From Tubulanus polymorphus (taxonomy: Eukaryota > Animalia > Nemertea), in NCBI RefSeq assembly GCF_964204645.1, contig NC_134031.1, positions 19,289,910-19,353,909 on the forward strand: a DNA stretch of 64,000 nucleotides. The letters are read 5' to 3'. The translations under genes were made by a program, and so were the position numbers. Shown piece after piece: positions 1-13,932 of the stretch (positions within the stretch are counted from its first letter, which is position 1; each line of letters starts with the position of its first letter). Below the pieces are notes generated by a model. The model ran no database searches. It saw only the letters and a list, made by a program, of their open reading frames with translations, and was not told the origin of the DNA.

Positions 1-30
1 ATAACTTTCGCTTTATCTCATCAGAAGCCC
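1..30 (-). ncRNA. Possible minimal hammerhead ribozyme core, truncated by the window edge
   Basis: Minus strand reads CTGATGA-G-ATAAAG-C-GAAA-GTTAT: both conserved core boxes with a 1-bp G-C helix II. Helix III and the 3' strand of helix I would lie outside the window. Confidence 0.25.
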
Positions 31-3000
31 AAAGGATCAGGTTGAAGTGTCAAAGCGCCTCCAGGAAGATCCTAACTGCAGCAACCGGCGAACCCGAGAC
101 ACGCGCCCGGCAGCCCGAGTAACGTCGGCAAATTATGATACCTAAACCATTTTACTCAAAGAGACTCATTTGCATATTCAAAAGTCACGAGTTGAGAATG
201 GAAATGACAATAAAACACGATACTTTTGTAAACACTACGAGGGGTACCCGAGGCAAACCGGCTTGCCCACGCGGAGTCTCGAGTACTTTTCAGGTACTTA
301 GCCTAGAAAGTAGAAATTCCCTTCGTCGGACAAAAAAGTCACGGAGTGTTTGTCTCGCCACGCTTCTAATCAGTCAAACGGCAATACGATCGCACCCATG
401 TACTTTTAGAATTTATATCGACATAACTAATGATAAAAAAGTTGGCTTGCCCGGATCCGTGCAATGTATTGAATTTCGGAAAGAGCCATCGAACAAAATA
501 ATAGGATTTCAACGACAATATTAGTACCACCCCTCAAATCGTAGTTCATGGTAACAGCGAAGGTAAAAAATGATCGGTAGTTCCGCCTTTCGATGTATAG
601 CTGAATTGCCATCTGCAACCGGACTGCAACTTGCTTGGAAAAAAAGAAACATTGCCTTCATTTGAATTCTTCAGCATAAGAATCATAAAATGACAGTCAC
701 TGAAGGAAAAACGAAGTAACAGTACATTATTACACAAAACATGAAAAGTACATCTGCACTACAGGCCAGACTTTGTAGACAGTTACTAAAAGTTTACCCC
801 CGGGCAACAATAGTCTGAGCAAATACGTTTTTACTACTATTGAACTCTAGGGTTAGGAATACTTTAAATATATCTCCATAATAAATACATTTTCATAGAT
901 CTCCTCATTTTCACATTAAGCCCAAAGGTAGAGTTCGATACCAAGAACACGCCCTAGAATTATTCATGTCAACGTTATAGTAAATTTAAGATCACTACCC
1001 AGCTGCCAAGTTTATCAATATGAGTGAATTAGTTTAAACAGAACCGAATCACATTCTAACCACAGTTTATAGATCACTCATTACCGGTGACGTTGCGATC
1101 AACTTTCCACACTTCTCAAAACCTAAATAGTATTCTAAATATAAAATCTCGGAACAAGAATAGATATTTCGTTTTATAATACAGGCCCGGATCGGGTCAA
1201 AAGGACCCGACACGAGAATTGTATGTATTTCACAGAAAAATGCGTTTGGCGGCTGTGACAGGTTGAAGGACGCGCAGCCAGTTCACCGCATTTTCCGTTT
1301 ACCCTTGAACTGCGGGAAGAGTTTTATGTGCCATCATAAAAAATCGAAGTCATGCTGACTCTTCAGAGTTCACAGACTGTGCGTATAAGTACATCGTAGT
1401 GGAGGTGTCTGGAAAAAAATGAGATTTTCATCGCACTGTGTTCCTCATTTTATGCATGTATAAAGTCTACGAATTTTCATATGCAAATTGCTAATACATA
1501 TTATAATACATTTTCATTTCTTTTCGGTATAAAACGCCTACAGGGCATCTTTTTATAACGTATTTCATTTACTTCGTATTTGTTCCCATCCTGGCCCATT
1601 GCGTAATCGTCACTCCGGGCGACTGGTATATGGTTGGTCTTGAAACTGTCTTGGCAGTGCAATGTTGGCCCGATCCGATATTCCCGTGTGAATGAGATAA
1701 GATTTCGTAAGAACAGATTGCACGTCTTCGGGACAAATCTTCAGATTTATGTGTAAAATAGATAATCATTCATCCAATTTCAAAATTATGTTTGGAAAAA
1801 ATACGAAGGTAATTTTCAGCTATTTCTCAATCATAGACCTGTGCACACCCCCATAATGACCTTGGCGAATACCGCAGACGTGGATGGAACCAGTACGGTT
1901 GAACTTACTCAAAAACTCAAACCTGTTCAGGCTGTCGTTAGTTCAACATCAGACCAAAGCCATTCAGATATACGTTTATCAATTTATGGCTCTTTTTGTT
2001 TCAGAAATAGCTGCTACCACGAGCGAGCTTTTCGATAAAAATTTGTTCGCAAAAATTAAGTACCGACGTGAAACGTTCGCATCACCATTAACCCAAGGCT
2101 CGTAGAAAAGGGGACATCACTGCCCACTGAAGTATACACGCATAAGCGAAAATGAACCATGATTTTCGGGCGAAGATTTTGGAAAATACCCAATAAAAGA
2201 TCGCGCTCCTAGATGTGTCGGCCTTGTATCGATGACACGAACTGATTTTCGAAGAAGTCAAACAATTTAGACGCATTTCCCCGATTATTCGGGTTAGTTA
2301 AACACAGCACATAATCTCAAATCTTCGGCCGATATTTTCACAAAAGATTATTCCAGTTTAAATATATCTGTATATCCAATAAAAGAATAATCTAAGTGCG
2401 CGAAATGTTTTTCCTAGAAAAAACCATCTAAAATTGACCCAATTCCCTTTTTAATCGCGACTTTGCTCGCTGTTTGACCAGTCGGGCACTAGAGCAAACG
2501 AAGAGTCGCGAAACGAAATTCGGAAACGTTTTTGAAAAATTTGAAGAAAAATTCACATAATCTGTGCGTTTTGGAGAAGTTGAAAAATACAGCAGGAGCC
2601 AGCTTCAAACATTTCTACATCAGAATCTCGTGAACAAATTAGATCCTCGGAACTGGGGCCAAACATCAAAAATTGAATTAAAACGACACGAAGTTGGGGA
2701 CTATCGATATATAGACCATGCGTGAAAATGTTTAAAAAAATGTTCAGAAGAAGGAGGTGTTAAGTGGGATGTGACATATCGATTGAGTAAAATGATTATG
2801 TTGTATTTGTCCTAATAATAGTAATATTGATTAATTGATTTCTATAAAGCGCCCTTTCAACGTATAGCATTTTAGTTAACGATGTTTTTGTAACAATGTC
2901 AAATAATGTAACATTTTAATGAAAATTGATTTCTAATACTCTATTGTCCTCTCGAAGTACATGTCTATATCAATCGCTTTTATATGAATAAGGGTAAAAA

Positions 3001-3199
3001 GTGCAAACTGTATATCATATTATATCTGTTACGCAGACGTTACTATTTCTCTAAACATATCGATCCCGGTGAGCGTTTTGTTATAACTGCGAAAGTCAAA
3101 AGCCCGCGAGATGAACTGTACTTGGCCTCCTGGAATCAGTTCGCGTTCGATAGAAAAGCGCGGTTCGGAAATAAACGGCTTTTATAACGCGCAAGAACG

Positions 3200-3466
3200 G
3201 CCGTGTATATATTCTAAAGAATGGAAGGCGTACTACCGACTCGAACGTTTGTATTCATACACCTCGTGCTATCCGACGGACGGCAGCGCGTTGCCGCTCC
3301 GCCGCCGCCGCCGCTAGCCCGCCGTCAGATAAAATGACGCGGAGCGCCTCGACTAGAGAGAGTCAGTTGAGGTGACACACCCGTTACCACAACACACCTG
3401 CGCCGCCGATACCAACAGTAACTATCACCAACGGAATAATTATAATCATCAATACTTATTCAATCG
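3200..3466 (+). promoter_or_regulatory. Probable promoter and non-coding first exon of the UGT gene
   Basis: TATATA near 3206, GC-rich segment with (GCC)n, donor CG|GTGAGT at 3467, and a matching acceptor TAG at 4238-4240, 20 nt before the UGT ATG. Confidence 0.55.
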
Positions 3467-4260
3467 GTGAGTCCATTAAAATGTATAAATTATTTTCACA
3501 AATTAAAAGAAAAAATTAATTTCAAAAAGTTATTCGTAGAAATAGTGACAACTTTTTTTTCGCGCATTTTCTATTTGAAATATCTAAGGTTTTTCATACG
3601 TAGAAAATTATGCCCATATTTCAAATTAAGATATTCTTTTTGAAAATCATTTATGTCGCTCTTTCTTTTTATATTCGCGCACGTATTGTCTTATCATTGC
3701 ATACATTATTAGGCTTTTCTTTCAAATTTCATTTCGTTTCAAGTGATTAAAGGGAAAATGTTTCTGAGGTTGATACGCGCAAACTTTGATTTCAAATTTG
3801 TCGGGATGTTTTATGCGATAGATGGCATTGCGGTCGTTTCGGCTGGAAACCAAATAAACCGCGCGCGTTTAGTGGCGCGATTTCCGAGTTGATTGAGCAT
3901 TTTAGATGAAAAACCAGTTTTTTAAATAAAAAAATACGTATTTCAAAAGTATCTATGAACACGGGTTAAGCGTATTAAAGTTCTAGTGTAAAGAATATCG
4001 TATCAAAATTTGAAAAAATTGCACATTCAAATTAAAAACGAAATCTATTCATCAAAATATTTCGAAATATAAATTCACATTATTATCATAAGATTCGTTC
4101 GCCGGCGGGTGGCGATATAGAATTTGGCCGAGAATCGGAAGCTGAAAGCATTGATTAATTCGGGATTAAGGTTTTAGAAATGAAAATATCCTTTTAAACT
4201 TTTTAAATGTTTTTACTTTTTTTTCAAATTCCAATTATAGATTCTCGTTCGCTGAAAAAA

Positions 4261-5886
4261 ATGGGGAAAACGATCGTCAAATTGATTTTCCTGTTACTGA
4301 TCTATCTGTTACAAGCGAATGCCGGTAAAATACTGATATTTTTCGTGCCCGGTAGCGGCAGCATGAGCGAACAGTTGTCGATAGCAGTTGGCCTTATCGA
4401 CCTGGGTCACGAGGTACACGCGTTGGTCAGCGAGGACATGCACGGTCACCCGATGCTGGCGAAATTTCACGACATCGAAATTCACTACCACCGAGAAAAA
4501 CCGGGTACGACCTACGACATCGAGAAATTCGGCGAAGAATTGATGAATTATTACATCGAGGAACACAAGTCTCAAGCGGATGTATTCTACGATGTACATC
4601 TGAAATGGGCGCGTAAAATGTGCTGGTGGACCGGGCACGATAACAACACGTACAGTCTACTGCGACGCGAGAAATTCGATCTGGCTGTCTTCGAAACGTT
4701 CGTCCTATGCCACCACATGGTCGCTTATAAATTAAACATTCCGTACGTGACCGCCTCCAGTTTTCACTCGGTAGTCGTGGCTCGCAGTCACCCGCTGATG
4801 ACCGAATTTACGCATAAAATCGCGGGCGAACGAAACACGTTTCTGAACCGATTGAAACTATTCGTGCACATGTATCTGGCCGATTACGCGGTGCGCTTCT
4901 GGCTGAAAAATGACGAGCTCGGTAACGTCGACAATCAACCCTACCCTCCTCTAGACGAACTCGTACTGAAAGCCGAACTCTACCTGAACAACCAGAACGG
5001 AGTGATCAGCTATCCGACCATGTCGATGCCGAATGTAATTAAAGTGGGCGGTCTTATAGCGCAACCGCCGCAACCACTGCGAGGGGAGTTGAGTGAATTG
5101 ATGAACTGCAGCAGAGCTCAGTCGCACGGCGTCATAGTCGTATCGTTTGGATCAGTATTCGCCACCGTACCGAATAGATTACTGATACCGATGATGCGAG
5201 CATTCAGTAAAGTTGACCAGTTGGTCGTTTGGCGGCTAAAATTCCGTCCTGGTCAGGACACAATCGTTAAAGTGCCGTCCAATGTTAAAATGTTCGACTG
5301 GTTGCCGCAAAACGATGTTCTGGGCCACGAAAATACGAAACTTTTCGTTACGCATGGAGGAGCGGTTGGGATGGCCGAGGGTGTGTATAATGGGATACCG
5401 ATGCTAGGAATGGGAATGCAAGGCGACCAACCGCTCAACACCCAACGCATGGAACAAAAAGGTTACGGAATCAACGTCGACCCGACGACCTTGACCGCGC
5501 GTTCGTTTCGGGCCGATATCAAACGTTTATTCGACAACTACGCCACCTATCGACGAGTTACGAACAAAGCCTCGGCAATTATGAAACATTTACCGAACGC
5601 CCGGAAAGAGGCGGCATTCTGGATCGATCACGTGATGCGATTCGGTTCGGAACATTTACGAACGGTTGCCAGTGACATGCCGCAATATCAGTTATTGATG
5701 TTGGACATTTTTGCATTTTTTACATTCATGTTTTGCATATTCGTTGCTCTGATGCTATTCGTGATTCGGAGCTTCGTCAAAAATATCTTGCCTCGACTTT
5801 TTTACCAAACACAACGATTAGCCGTGGCAGATAGCGTAAGATTAGACGCATTGTCGGTGAATGCTCTGTATATGAAATCAGAATAA
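4261..5886 (+). CDS. UDP-glycosyltransferase (animal UGT1/2-like, GT1 family), single coding exon, 541 aa
   Basis: Signal peptide MGKTIVKLIFLLLIYLLQANAG, GHEV motif, VSFGS, UGT signature WLPQNDVLGH...THGG...EGVYNGIPM...GDQ, AAFWIDHVMRFGSEHLR, C-terminal TM helix. The ORF-track ATG at 4207 lies in the intron; 4261 is the likely start. Confidence 0.95.
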   Translation: MGKTIVKLIFLLLIYLLQANAGKILIFFVPGSGSMSEQLSIAVGLIDLGHEVHALVSEDMHGHPMLAKFHDIEIHYHREKPGTTYDIEKFGEELMNYYIEEHKSQADVFYDVHLKWARKMCWWTGHDNNTYSLLRREKFDLAVFETFVLCHHMVAYKLNIPYVTASSFHSVVVARSHPLMTEFTHKIAGERNTFLNRLKLFVHMYLADYAVRFWLKNDELGNVDNQPYPPLDELVLKAELYLNNQNGVISYPTMSMPNVIKVGGLIAQPPQPLRGELSELMNCSRAQSHGVIVVSFGSVFATVPNRLLIPMMRAFSKVDQLVVWRLKFRPGQDTIVKVPSNVKMFDWLPQNDVLGHENTKLFVTHGGAVGMAEGVYNGIPMLGMGMQGDQPLNTQRMEQKGYGINVDPTTLTARSFRADIKRLFDNYATYRRVTNKASAIMKHLPNARKEAAFWIDHVMRFGSEHLRTVASDMPQYQLLMLDIFAFFTFMFCIFVALMLFVIRSFVKNILPRLFYQTQRLAVADSVRLDALSVNALYMKSE

Positions 5887-5980
5887 GATCAGTTTTCTCT
5901 TGAGCATGTGCATAGTGTACATAATATACCCATTGGCAGACTAATGACTAATCTAACTGAAATCTAAAGACTTAAATCTT

Positions 5981-6225
5981 TAGGGACGGAATTTAGAATA
6001 AACCCAGAGAAATCCCTCGCCTAGTTGAATACATTAAGGTACATGAACAGTGATATCTGCGCAGGGTGCTGCTCTCTTCAAACACATTTTTTAGATAGAT
6101 CATTTTCTGAGTATGTATCTAGTCTTAATCAAAACGACTAGTAATAATTTTTGAAAATATTTTCTTGGTAATTGTTATTGGGTTTTTGGGTTTGGCTCCC
6201 TGGGCCCTCTTAAATCCGTCCCATG
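5981..6225. mobile_element. MITE (hAT-like termini) just downstream of the UGT stop
   Basis: Imperfect terminal inverted repeats gggacggaattta ... taaatccgtccc. Confidence 0.55.
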
Positions 6226-8194
6226 GTCGGTTTTCAGATGAGTGTGTCGGGTAACACTCCGGTCAGTTCTGTTGGCGATGGCAACATCTCCGTAAATCAC
6301 TGCGTCGACACATAATATCCCACTCATTCGGGCTATGTATATATCTCTAACTGAACACCTGTCTCGTAAATATATCTATTGCAATTCAATTGTCAATATT
6401 TAAGCTCACGTTTGTGAAAGCCCACGTTAAAAAGATATACCGTTTACATGTTTTAGATTGGTGAAAATGTGCTTTCATTATCGACAGTTCATTCAACTTT
6501 ATTTTAAAGTGGGTCTTTTCAATGTAACGAAAGTACATTTCACATTCAAGTTTATATTATATAATTGTGAAATCGTGGTGTATTTGATGTCGTGTTTTGT
6601 GACGTGAAATGATTTATTTTTGGGCGAATAGTTCGCTGTACACGATACGAGCGTGAAAAACATTGTCAAGAATATTTGGAAACTTTTCCGCGCTACGAGC
6701 GCACAAAGGTTTCTAAATTTTTCGCATCATTTCACGGAATATAACGATTACGAATCGTCCTGGCAGTAACTGTCGTTTCTGTCTGTCGTCATATTTAACC
6801 TGAATTCGCGTGGAACTTGAAGTAGTTGTCATTGAAAGCGGCATAGCCGTACTTTAAGCGGACAATAGCCACGTGTGCTCGCGACCTCAGCCTTACACGG
6901 TTTGTAGTAAAAATCAGGTTCAATTCAACACCCACGTGTGTCATCTTTTATGTGACGCCTATTTCTGGGGCAAATTTCTGGTTATATAATTTCTTCAATG
7001 CCATCGAGACGGATTCAATTCTTTCGAATGTCGTGTAAGTCCAAACAATGTAAACATAGGTCCCGTTGTGTTTTGAGACTAATTACCGAGTTCAAAATAT
7101 ACAAATACAACTATCGCCTTTTCATTCTCGATACTGTGGTGATAACTGGTAGAAGCTCAATGCACTTAGCTTAATCTTGGTGAAAAAAAAAAACTGTGCG
7201 ACAACCGTCTTAATCTTAGTGTCACATTTATTAATAAGGGATTAACTCAATTCAATGTTTTTTTCTAATTTTATGTTGTATAGATAAATAAATGTTAACG
7301 AATTAAATTAAGATCCAGTTTATCAAAGTAATATTCGCGTGTCACCCGCGTTGGGATGCGCTGCATGTTGTACAATTTTACCAACGTTTTATTTTTAAAA
7401 CATGTTTGACAAAAAATATTTCATAAAAGCTTCAGAAAATAAAGATGATTATATAAGCAAATATGCGCATGTTTAATTGAGGGTTGTTAAGTAATGGATG
7501 CTGTCCGCACCCGACCATAGAATATTGAACATTTTGAGACCGGTCTAGTATCTCGGGTTCCAATTTCGCAATTGTGGATTTTTTCAGTGGATCTGTGTGG
7601 AATTGTGAACTTTGCCTTTTGGGCGAATTGTGAGGCACCATACACAAACTAAATGTCGTACGTGAAAGATTTTACCGTTGTTTCTTACAATAAAACCGAA
7701 GAACTCGCTCTCCACAGTTGAAGCCTAAGACGAGACCTAGACAACCTAATTTGCGTTCTCGGAGAGGAGTTAAAAAGGTTAGAGTGGTGACGCGGAAGTG
7801 AGCCGCGCACGTGGTGTCGTTACCTAGTAATACAAACGCAAAAAATCCCCTAAACTTCAGAAACATTCGACTATTCAATACAAAGCCTGTTTGATTTATA
7901 TAGACAGAATCTGATGGACCACAAATTCACAGCCCGTATCATTAAAACTAGTTGTGTATTCAACAAAGTCGTTAAAAGAACAAGGAAGTTAAACATCGTC
8001 GATTATATGCGCTTTGAAATTAAACAATTTTGTTTTCAAATGATATTGAAACGATGCTGGTTTTGAATACCGTGTATAATACGAGTGAATGAAAATATCA
8101 TCGTTAATTATCAGCACATAATGATGAAATGCTCATCCGTATTAAACCGGGATGTCAGAGATATTCCCCGAACAGAACGCTCACCGATACGACC

Positions 8195-11100
8195 ATGGAA
8201 GGAACGACGATGATTTTGGTACCCCACACGCAGGGAAACATGCCCGATATGTCACCAGCAGCAGCAGCGGCAGCGGCGGCCTCCTGGAGACCGATAGCCG
8301 CTGATCCCAACGCATTCGTGTCCTGGGTTGACTGCCGCATGTTACCCCAGACTCAGGCTACATTTTTTCCACCCAGCACTCCGGTCGATGCGGCCGTTTT
8401 GCCGGCTGGTTTAACGACTTCTTATCAGCAGGTTCCACCGCAAGATAATTCCACAAGTCTTCGGTAAGTTGACAAAAATCTATTCCATTCTCAATGACAA
8501 TCTAAAGATGCTTCGTAAACGCTGTCCCACGTAATTGTACAAAAAGGTATTATCTTAGATCATTAACCCAAGTTGCTTCTTTTTTTTCGAACGATGTTAC
8601 CAGTATCGTCAGGCAGTTTTAACAATTTTACTATTCGATATTCAATATCATTTACTGCTCCAAATAATATATATGCATATACAACATTATTAGCACGGAT
8701 ATTACAATCGATTGATCAGTCTACAAATATAGTAACAAGATGCCTTATTAAGCGTACTTCATTTCAAACGTTAAGCATCTTTATAAAAGACATTTTTGTT
8801 GATAATTGCCTTGTGTCTGAGAACCTTTTATTCAGCGTTTTATTTGATAATTTTATGTACAGCGCTTAAGAGCCCTATTGGAATAAAGCGCTATATACGT
8901 TTAGTAATGATAAAAATGATGATAACAGATTACTTAATCACAGATGTTGAAAGATTCCGTCTGAGTTTGAAAGATTAAGGAAAAGCCTTCACTGAAAAGT
9001 CTATTTTTTTCATTCATATTCTCTAAGATTTCGTTCAAACGTGAAGTTCTAAAAGGTCGTCTGAAAAACTAAGTCTATAATAGCCACCGATTGACTCGAA
9101 TAATAAAGTAGGTTATTTTATTCGCCAGGGAATTGAATGAGAACTGTTACGTCGCCAGAGCCAGTTTGAGGACATTGATATAAATTATATCATATTTTCC
9201 AAATATTTCGTATGATCTACTATATTAGTTCAAATAGTTACGTCGCAATTCGTACAAAATCTATTTCATATCTTATGTCTTGTTCTGCGTTAACTTTTCT
9301 GCCATGTAATTTACAAGAGAACAATACGAGTAATCAATGATGATTTCTTATCATTAGGACCAAACCAGAACATATTCTTGGCATTTCTAATGACTTTATG
9401 GCGCCGCTGGGCGTAGGTCAGCCTGGTCGTTTGCCAGCGATTCGTTGCGCTGATGCGTTGCTCTGCGACCGCCAGCGACGATCGCATCGCGATGACCAGT
9501 CAACCTCTCGCATCGCATCTACCAGCGACGGCGGATGCAACGCCACATCGCACTGGTCGTGGCTCACCACCACGTTGCAGTATACACTCATCCAGTCGCG
9601 ATCAGTACAGTTGCAGCAACCTGACAGTTGCAAACCAGTAAACAAATTGCGACCGAATCGAGTCAACCAAGATGCCCGCCTTAAGAAATGGATTGGATTT
9701 TCTTTCCACTAGCAGCTCTTGGACATCTATGTTTCAGTGAACCGAGTCCTTCAAATTGTTGATTCAATTCGTTTTCCCTTTAGACCCAGAGGGTCCTATA
9801 CCCCGATCAAACTGTTCGGTCACAGTATATGAATGAAACTATAATTGTGAAATCTGCCTTTTATCCCTCACACACCACGGGAAATCTTTCTATCATAAAT
9901 TACGGCCGATGTTAAAATCAAAGCTCATCTCTGAAGCGAACAAACTGCTTTCATTATCACGTATATATTACTACTATATTCGTATTGTAAAAAAACCTAA
10001 CCATGATTAACATGATCAACGATTTGCTCATTGGAATGATTCAAAGAATTGCACTCCACTGTCCAAAAAACATCACGCCTCACAAAAAAAAACATTTTTA
10101 TGTTTACGAAACTCATCTAACTATTTGAATACTATCTATTCATTTGCAACATTTTCATATCGCGTACATTTTTTTGTTTCATCTCTCTTGGAATAACCGT
10201 CGTTTGCAGGGACTGTTGATTATGGGCAGAGGTTAAATCAGAGGTTACTTTGTTTATAGATACGGTCGCATAATTATTAGATAAACAAATATATATAGTG
10301 TATATATCAGTGTGGAATCAGGTCAACCGTAGAAATAAGAAAATGACATTAAGACGAAGATTGCGAACCGAACGTAAACACATTTTTTAAAATTCTAAAG
10401 GTCGACGTCGGAATGCACTTTTGAGAATGATTCTGTAAATCCACGAATGTCTCAGATTATACTGGCTGGATACTCCGCATCGCCCATTTGAATCGAAAAC
10501 GATTTTTCCGAAGTGGAAAATATCCTCGAATTTGGTGGCAAAATGTGCGGGATACGCGACATTAGGCAAAGTATACCCCCCGAAAATTACCTGCTATCAA
10601 AAATATGATCGGCTTGTTGCTAATTTAACCTTGAAAATGAAGTAAACACCTTTCACGGGTTCTGAGAAATGTTTTCGAGTTGTCCACATTTTCGTCCCCT
10701 TAAAAAAATCGGCCTTCAATGAACCGAACGCGCCGATAATTAGCGTGTTATACAACGATTCTATGTCTGAACTAAAAATTGAAGTGTGTCAAAACCATTT
10801 TTTATCTAGATCTGAGAATGATTTTCATTGAAATGACCTGAATATGCTTTCTATCGAAATCGATACGATATTTTGAACGGAAAGTTTTCGGAAAGATTTC
10901 AAAAGTTATCGTCATTTCAATTGACAACGAACAAACGTAAAATATGGATTTCATTTTGATACATTAGTACGAACGTAGCGATGGTGAGCTCAGACAAAAA
11001 TGTCACAAAGAGATTTGTTGCTTTTTAGTATATTTTCATCAACAATTGAACGAAAGTGATAAGAAGCTCAGCGACGAAAAAGATTCCTACTTGCAGTACG

Positions 11101-13932
11101 CGCCCCTATATGACTGATCGAGATGATTTATATGCATAGCAATGGCAAGGCAATATTCATTTAGGAATAAAATCCTAAATTGATTAAGAAAATGTTTGAA
11201 AATATTGGTTGTATAAAAACCGATGTACGGATTATTTTTGCAGTCAGCGAAAATGTCCTCGCCTGATTTGGCTATGATAATTATCATTCTATTCGCTTAT
11301 CGTCCGTTCTTCATTTTGATCTATTATTTCAGGATGGAATTGGTCTGGCACAATGAATTCAGTCGATTGTTTGGTAATTTTTTCATGCACCAGTGGGCGT
11401 TGTATCCATCATTTCAACAGCCACTCGGCAAATGGAAGATGTTCCAAGACAGCGCGAAAGTCAGATTTATTTGCCAGGTGAGTCTGCAGTTAGATTTCCG
11501 AAAAATCACTGAATTATTCTGAATGAAAAGAACTGCTCATTCGCATCTACCGTATTGATAGATTGAGGGTAGATGTGAAACGCTAACATCAGCGCATGCA
11601 TGGAACTTTGAAGAATTTGATAGAATTCTCGAATTTCAACGTGAAACGTCGGCGTTTTTTGCTCGTATTTCGCTCGGATCTGACTTTGTTAACACTTAAA
11701 AAATGTATACGGCGAGAAGCGAAATAAGCGGTAGACTTGATAAAAATTGAAACAGATTTTGTTCAAAAGCACATGTCTATATCATGTAGGATTTTCTGCG
11801 TGAAAGTGTTAGACGAGGGCGGGTGGGCGACACAAGTTTTGCGTGTCATATCAACAACGTGTTTGGATTCTATTTCTCCTTTTTCATTTATTCAAACACG
11901 TGGTATAGATATATACATCTAACGATCAAACTACAATAAGTGAAATCAAATTCCAGCGAAACAGGAAAATATACATTTCAATAGCTTCGAAATTTAAATG
12001 ATAAGTGTATCATTGAGTATAATTAAAAGGCATACAATGCATATCAAATAGTCGCCTCTATTTACCATCCGCCCGACCAGCATGATATTGCGGAAAACTA
12101 ATACAGTTATCTACACTTGCAATTTACAAATGATTATTGAGATGATAGATAGATTAGACGGCTTCAATTTTATTGCTCTAGAAATTGTACATTATATTTC
12201 ATAAAGTAAGTCAAAATTAATCGTTACACAAGGGAATGTTATGTGGCTATCTGCACCAGATTCTCCTGTCAACGCGTTCTCTCAACCATTTCCTCCGAGG
12301 CGTCAAATTATTTGTCCAAAACCAATTTTCTTGTTTGTTTGTTTGTTTTGGCCTTACGTCGTTTTGGATGTTGGTATCCCAAGACTAACCCCTATTGGAT
12401 TGTTCATTTTAAACCTCATGACGGGTCGGCGTTTGAAGTGTTGTAGGCAGACAGCAGGACTCGAACCCTCGTTTTTAATTCCTGGTAGCCTCCTTAAGGT
12501 GTTTGGAACTGTAGACTTAACGAATTTATGAAATTTCCTAAATTTGGTTAATTGTTGCAGAAAACCGTATTCAAAAATCTTCGAAAAAGTAAACTTCATT
12601 TCGTAATGGTATTTATGGGCGTTAGTTTTTCGATGTTTTTACGCGCGATAGAAAAAAAGCGATTCAAGAGATTGAAAACTGTTTAGATAGTTTATCTGAA
12701 CTCGGATTTTGATTCGTGGTATTTTCACAAGGCCGGCACAGCTGAAAGTCATCTGGACCGTTGAAGTTGTTCGGAAGCTTCTTCCATTATTGTTCGCATT
12801 CTAACTTTTTTGACAGGATTGAATAAAATCTAAATATCAAATCATATATTTTCATCTAAAATAAAAACTTTTTATCTTGTAGAAATGTATGAAAGGATGG
12901 ACTTCCATGAAAGGTCGAGTGGTTTATTGGTTCAATTTAGACCCGTGTACAGGATTCGGTATCGTATATTTCAAACTATTCGGGCAGCAGTGCAAAGATT
13001 GTATGAGCGGATTCTTTGAACCAGCCCTATGGTATCCCGAAGAGGTGCTGAAGGTCAGTGAACTAGTTCATCGTTTCTGAATTCAATTTTGAATTGCCAA
13101 TGCCTCCATATATAAAACTCAGAAACATAGAAACTTCTCTTCTATCGTGGGTTATGCCACGGAAAAGTGAATGAAATAAACACTTTTGAAAATACCGGGG
13201 ATGTTTGTTCGTCAATACACAAATCTTGTGTATATTTTTTAACAACTACAAAAAAGCGTAGGTTTAAGTTAATCCTTAACCCAGTAAGATTGATGGAACT
13301 AGAAACAATCCAATCCATTTAGATAATTTTTGTTGAATTGAAAATACCTTATTTCCGCAAAAACACATCTCTTAGCCGTTTGAAAGTGAAGTACACAAAT
13401 AATTCAAATAGGTCAAGTCGCCATCGAAAAAATTGTCATTAACAGACATCCAGCAAACAACAACTACTCAACATTTTCAATTTATCATAACTTTGATTTT
13501 AGTCGAATAACGTTTTTACAACTGGTCTTTAAAAAAGTATCAGCATTGTTTGAGGTATTTGACATCATAAATCATTCGCTACACTAAATTTGAACAGTTG
13601 ATTTCAAAGACTGGAATTTCGAAACGGTTTTTGACCAATATCGTCTCATAAACTTCCTACATCTTAACTATATTTTCTCGTGCATTATCAAATTTCTTTT
13701 CATTCGTTATTAGGTTGTTGCGAATCTGTATTATAAAGTTGGCCAGACGTACTATGGGTTTCAGAAACCGCCCATACGAACTGACAGACGGTCGGGAAAA
13801 CCGAAGAAGGAACACGACAGGAGTTTGTGTCAGGCGTGTTTCGACGGAATCTGCAGAGAATCGAACAGCAATGGCAACTCTTCGAATCCCATCAACCCCG
13901 CAACACCTACCGTCGCCGGACAAGAGGAGTAG
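8195..13932 (+). CDS. 3CxxC zinc-finger protein, receptor-transporting protein (RTP)/ZAR1-like family
   Basis: Exons 8195-8463, 11333-11477, 12883-13053, 13714-13932, all GT-AG and phase-consistent. Motifs W..EF..LF, AKVRFICQKCMKGWTSMKGRV, KLFGQQCKDC, H-DRSLCQACFDGIC. Ala/Pro-rich N-terminus and no C-terminal TM. Start could also be 8129. Confidence 0.9.
12410..12492 (-). mobile_element. Possible tRNA-derived SINE fragment in an RTP intron
   Basis: Pol III B-box GGTTCGAGTCC on the minus strand; no cloverleaf recoverable. Confidence 0.3.

Noticed and set aside
1181-2765. Possible DNA transposon body (cgggtcaaaaggacccg palindrome, end at ggtgttaa)
   Set aside because: No matching TIR or TSD found in the window and no transposase frame.
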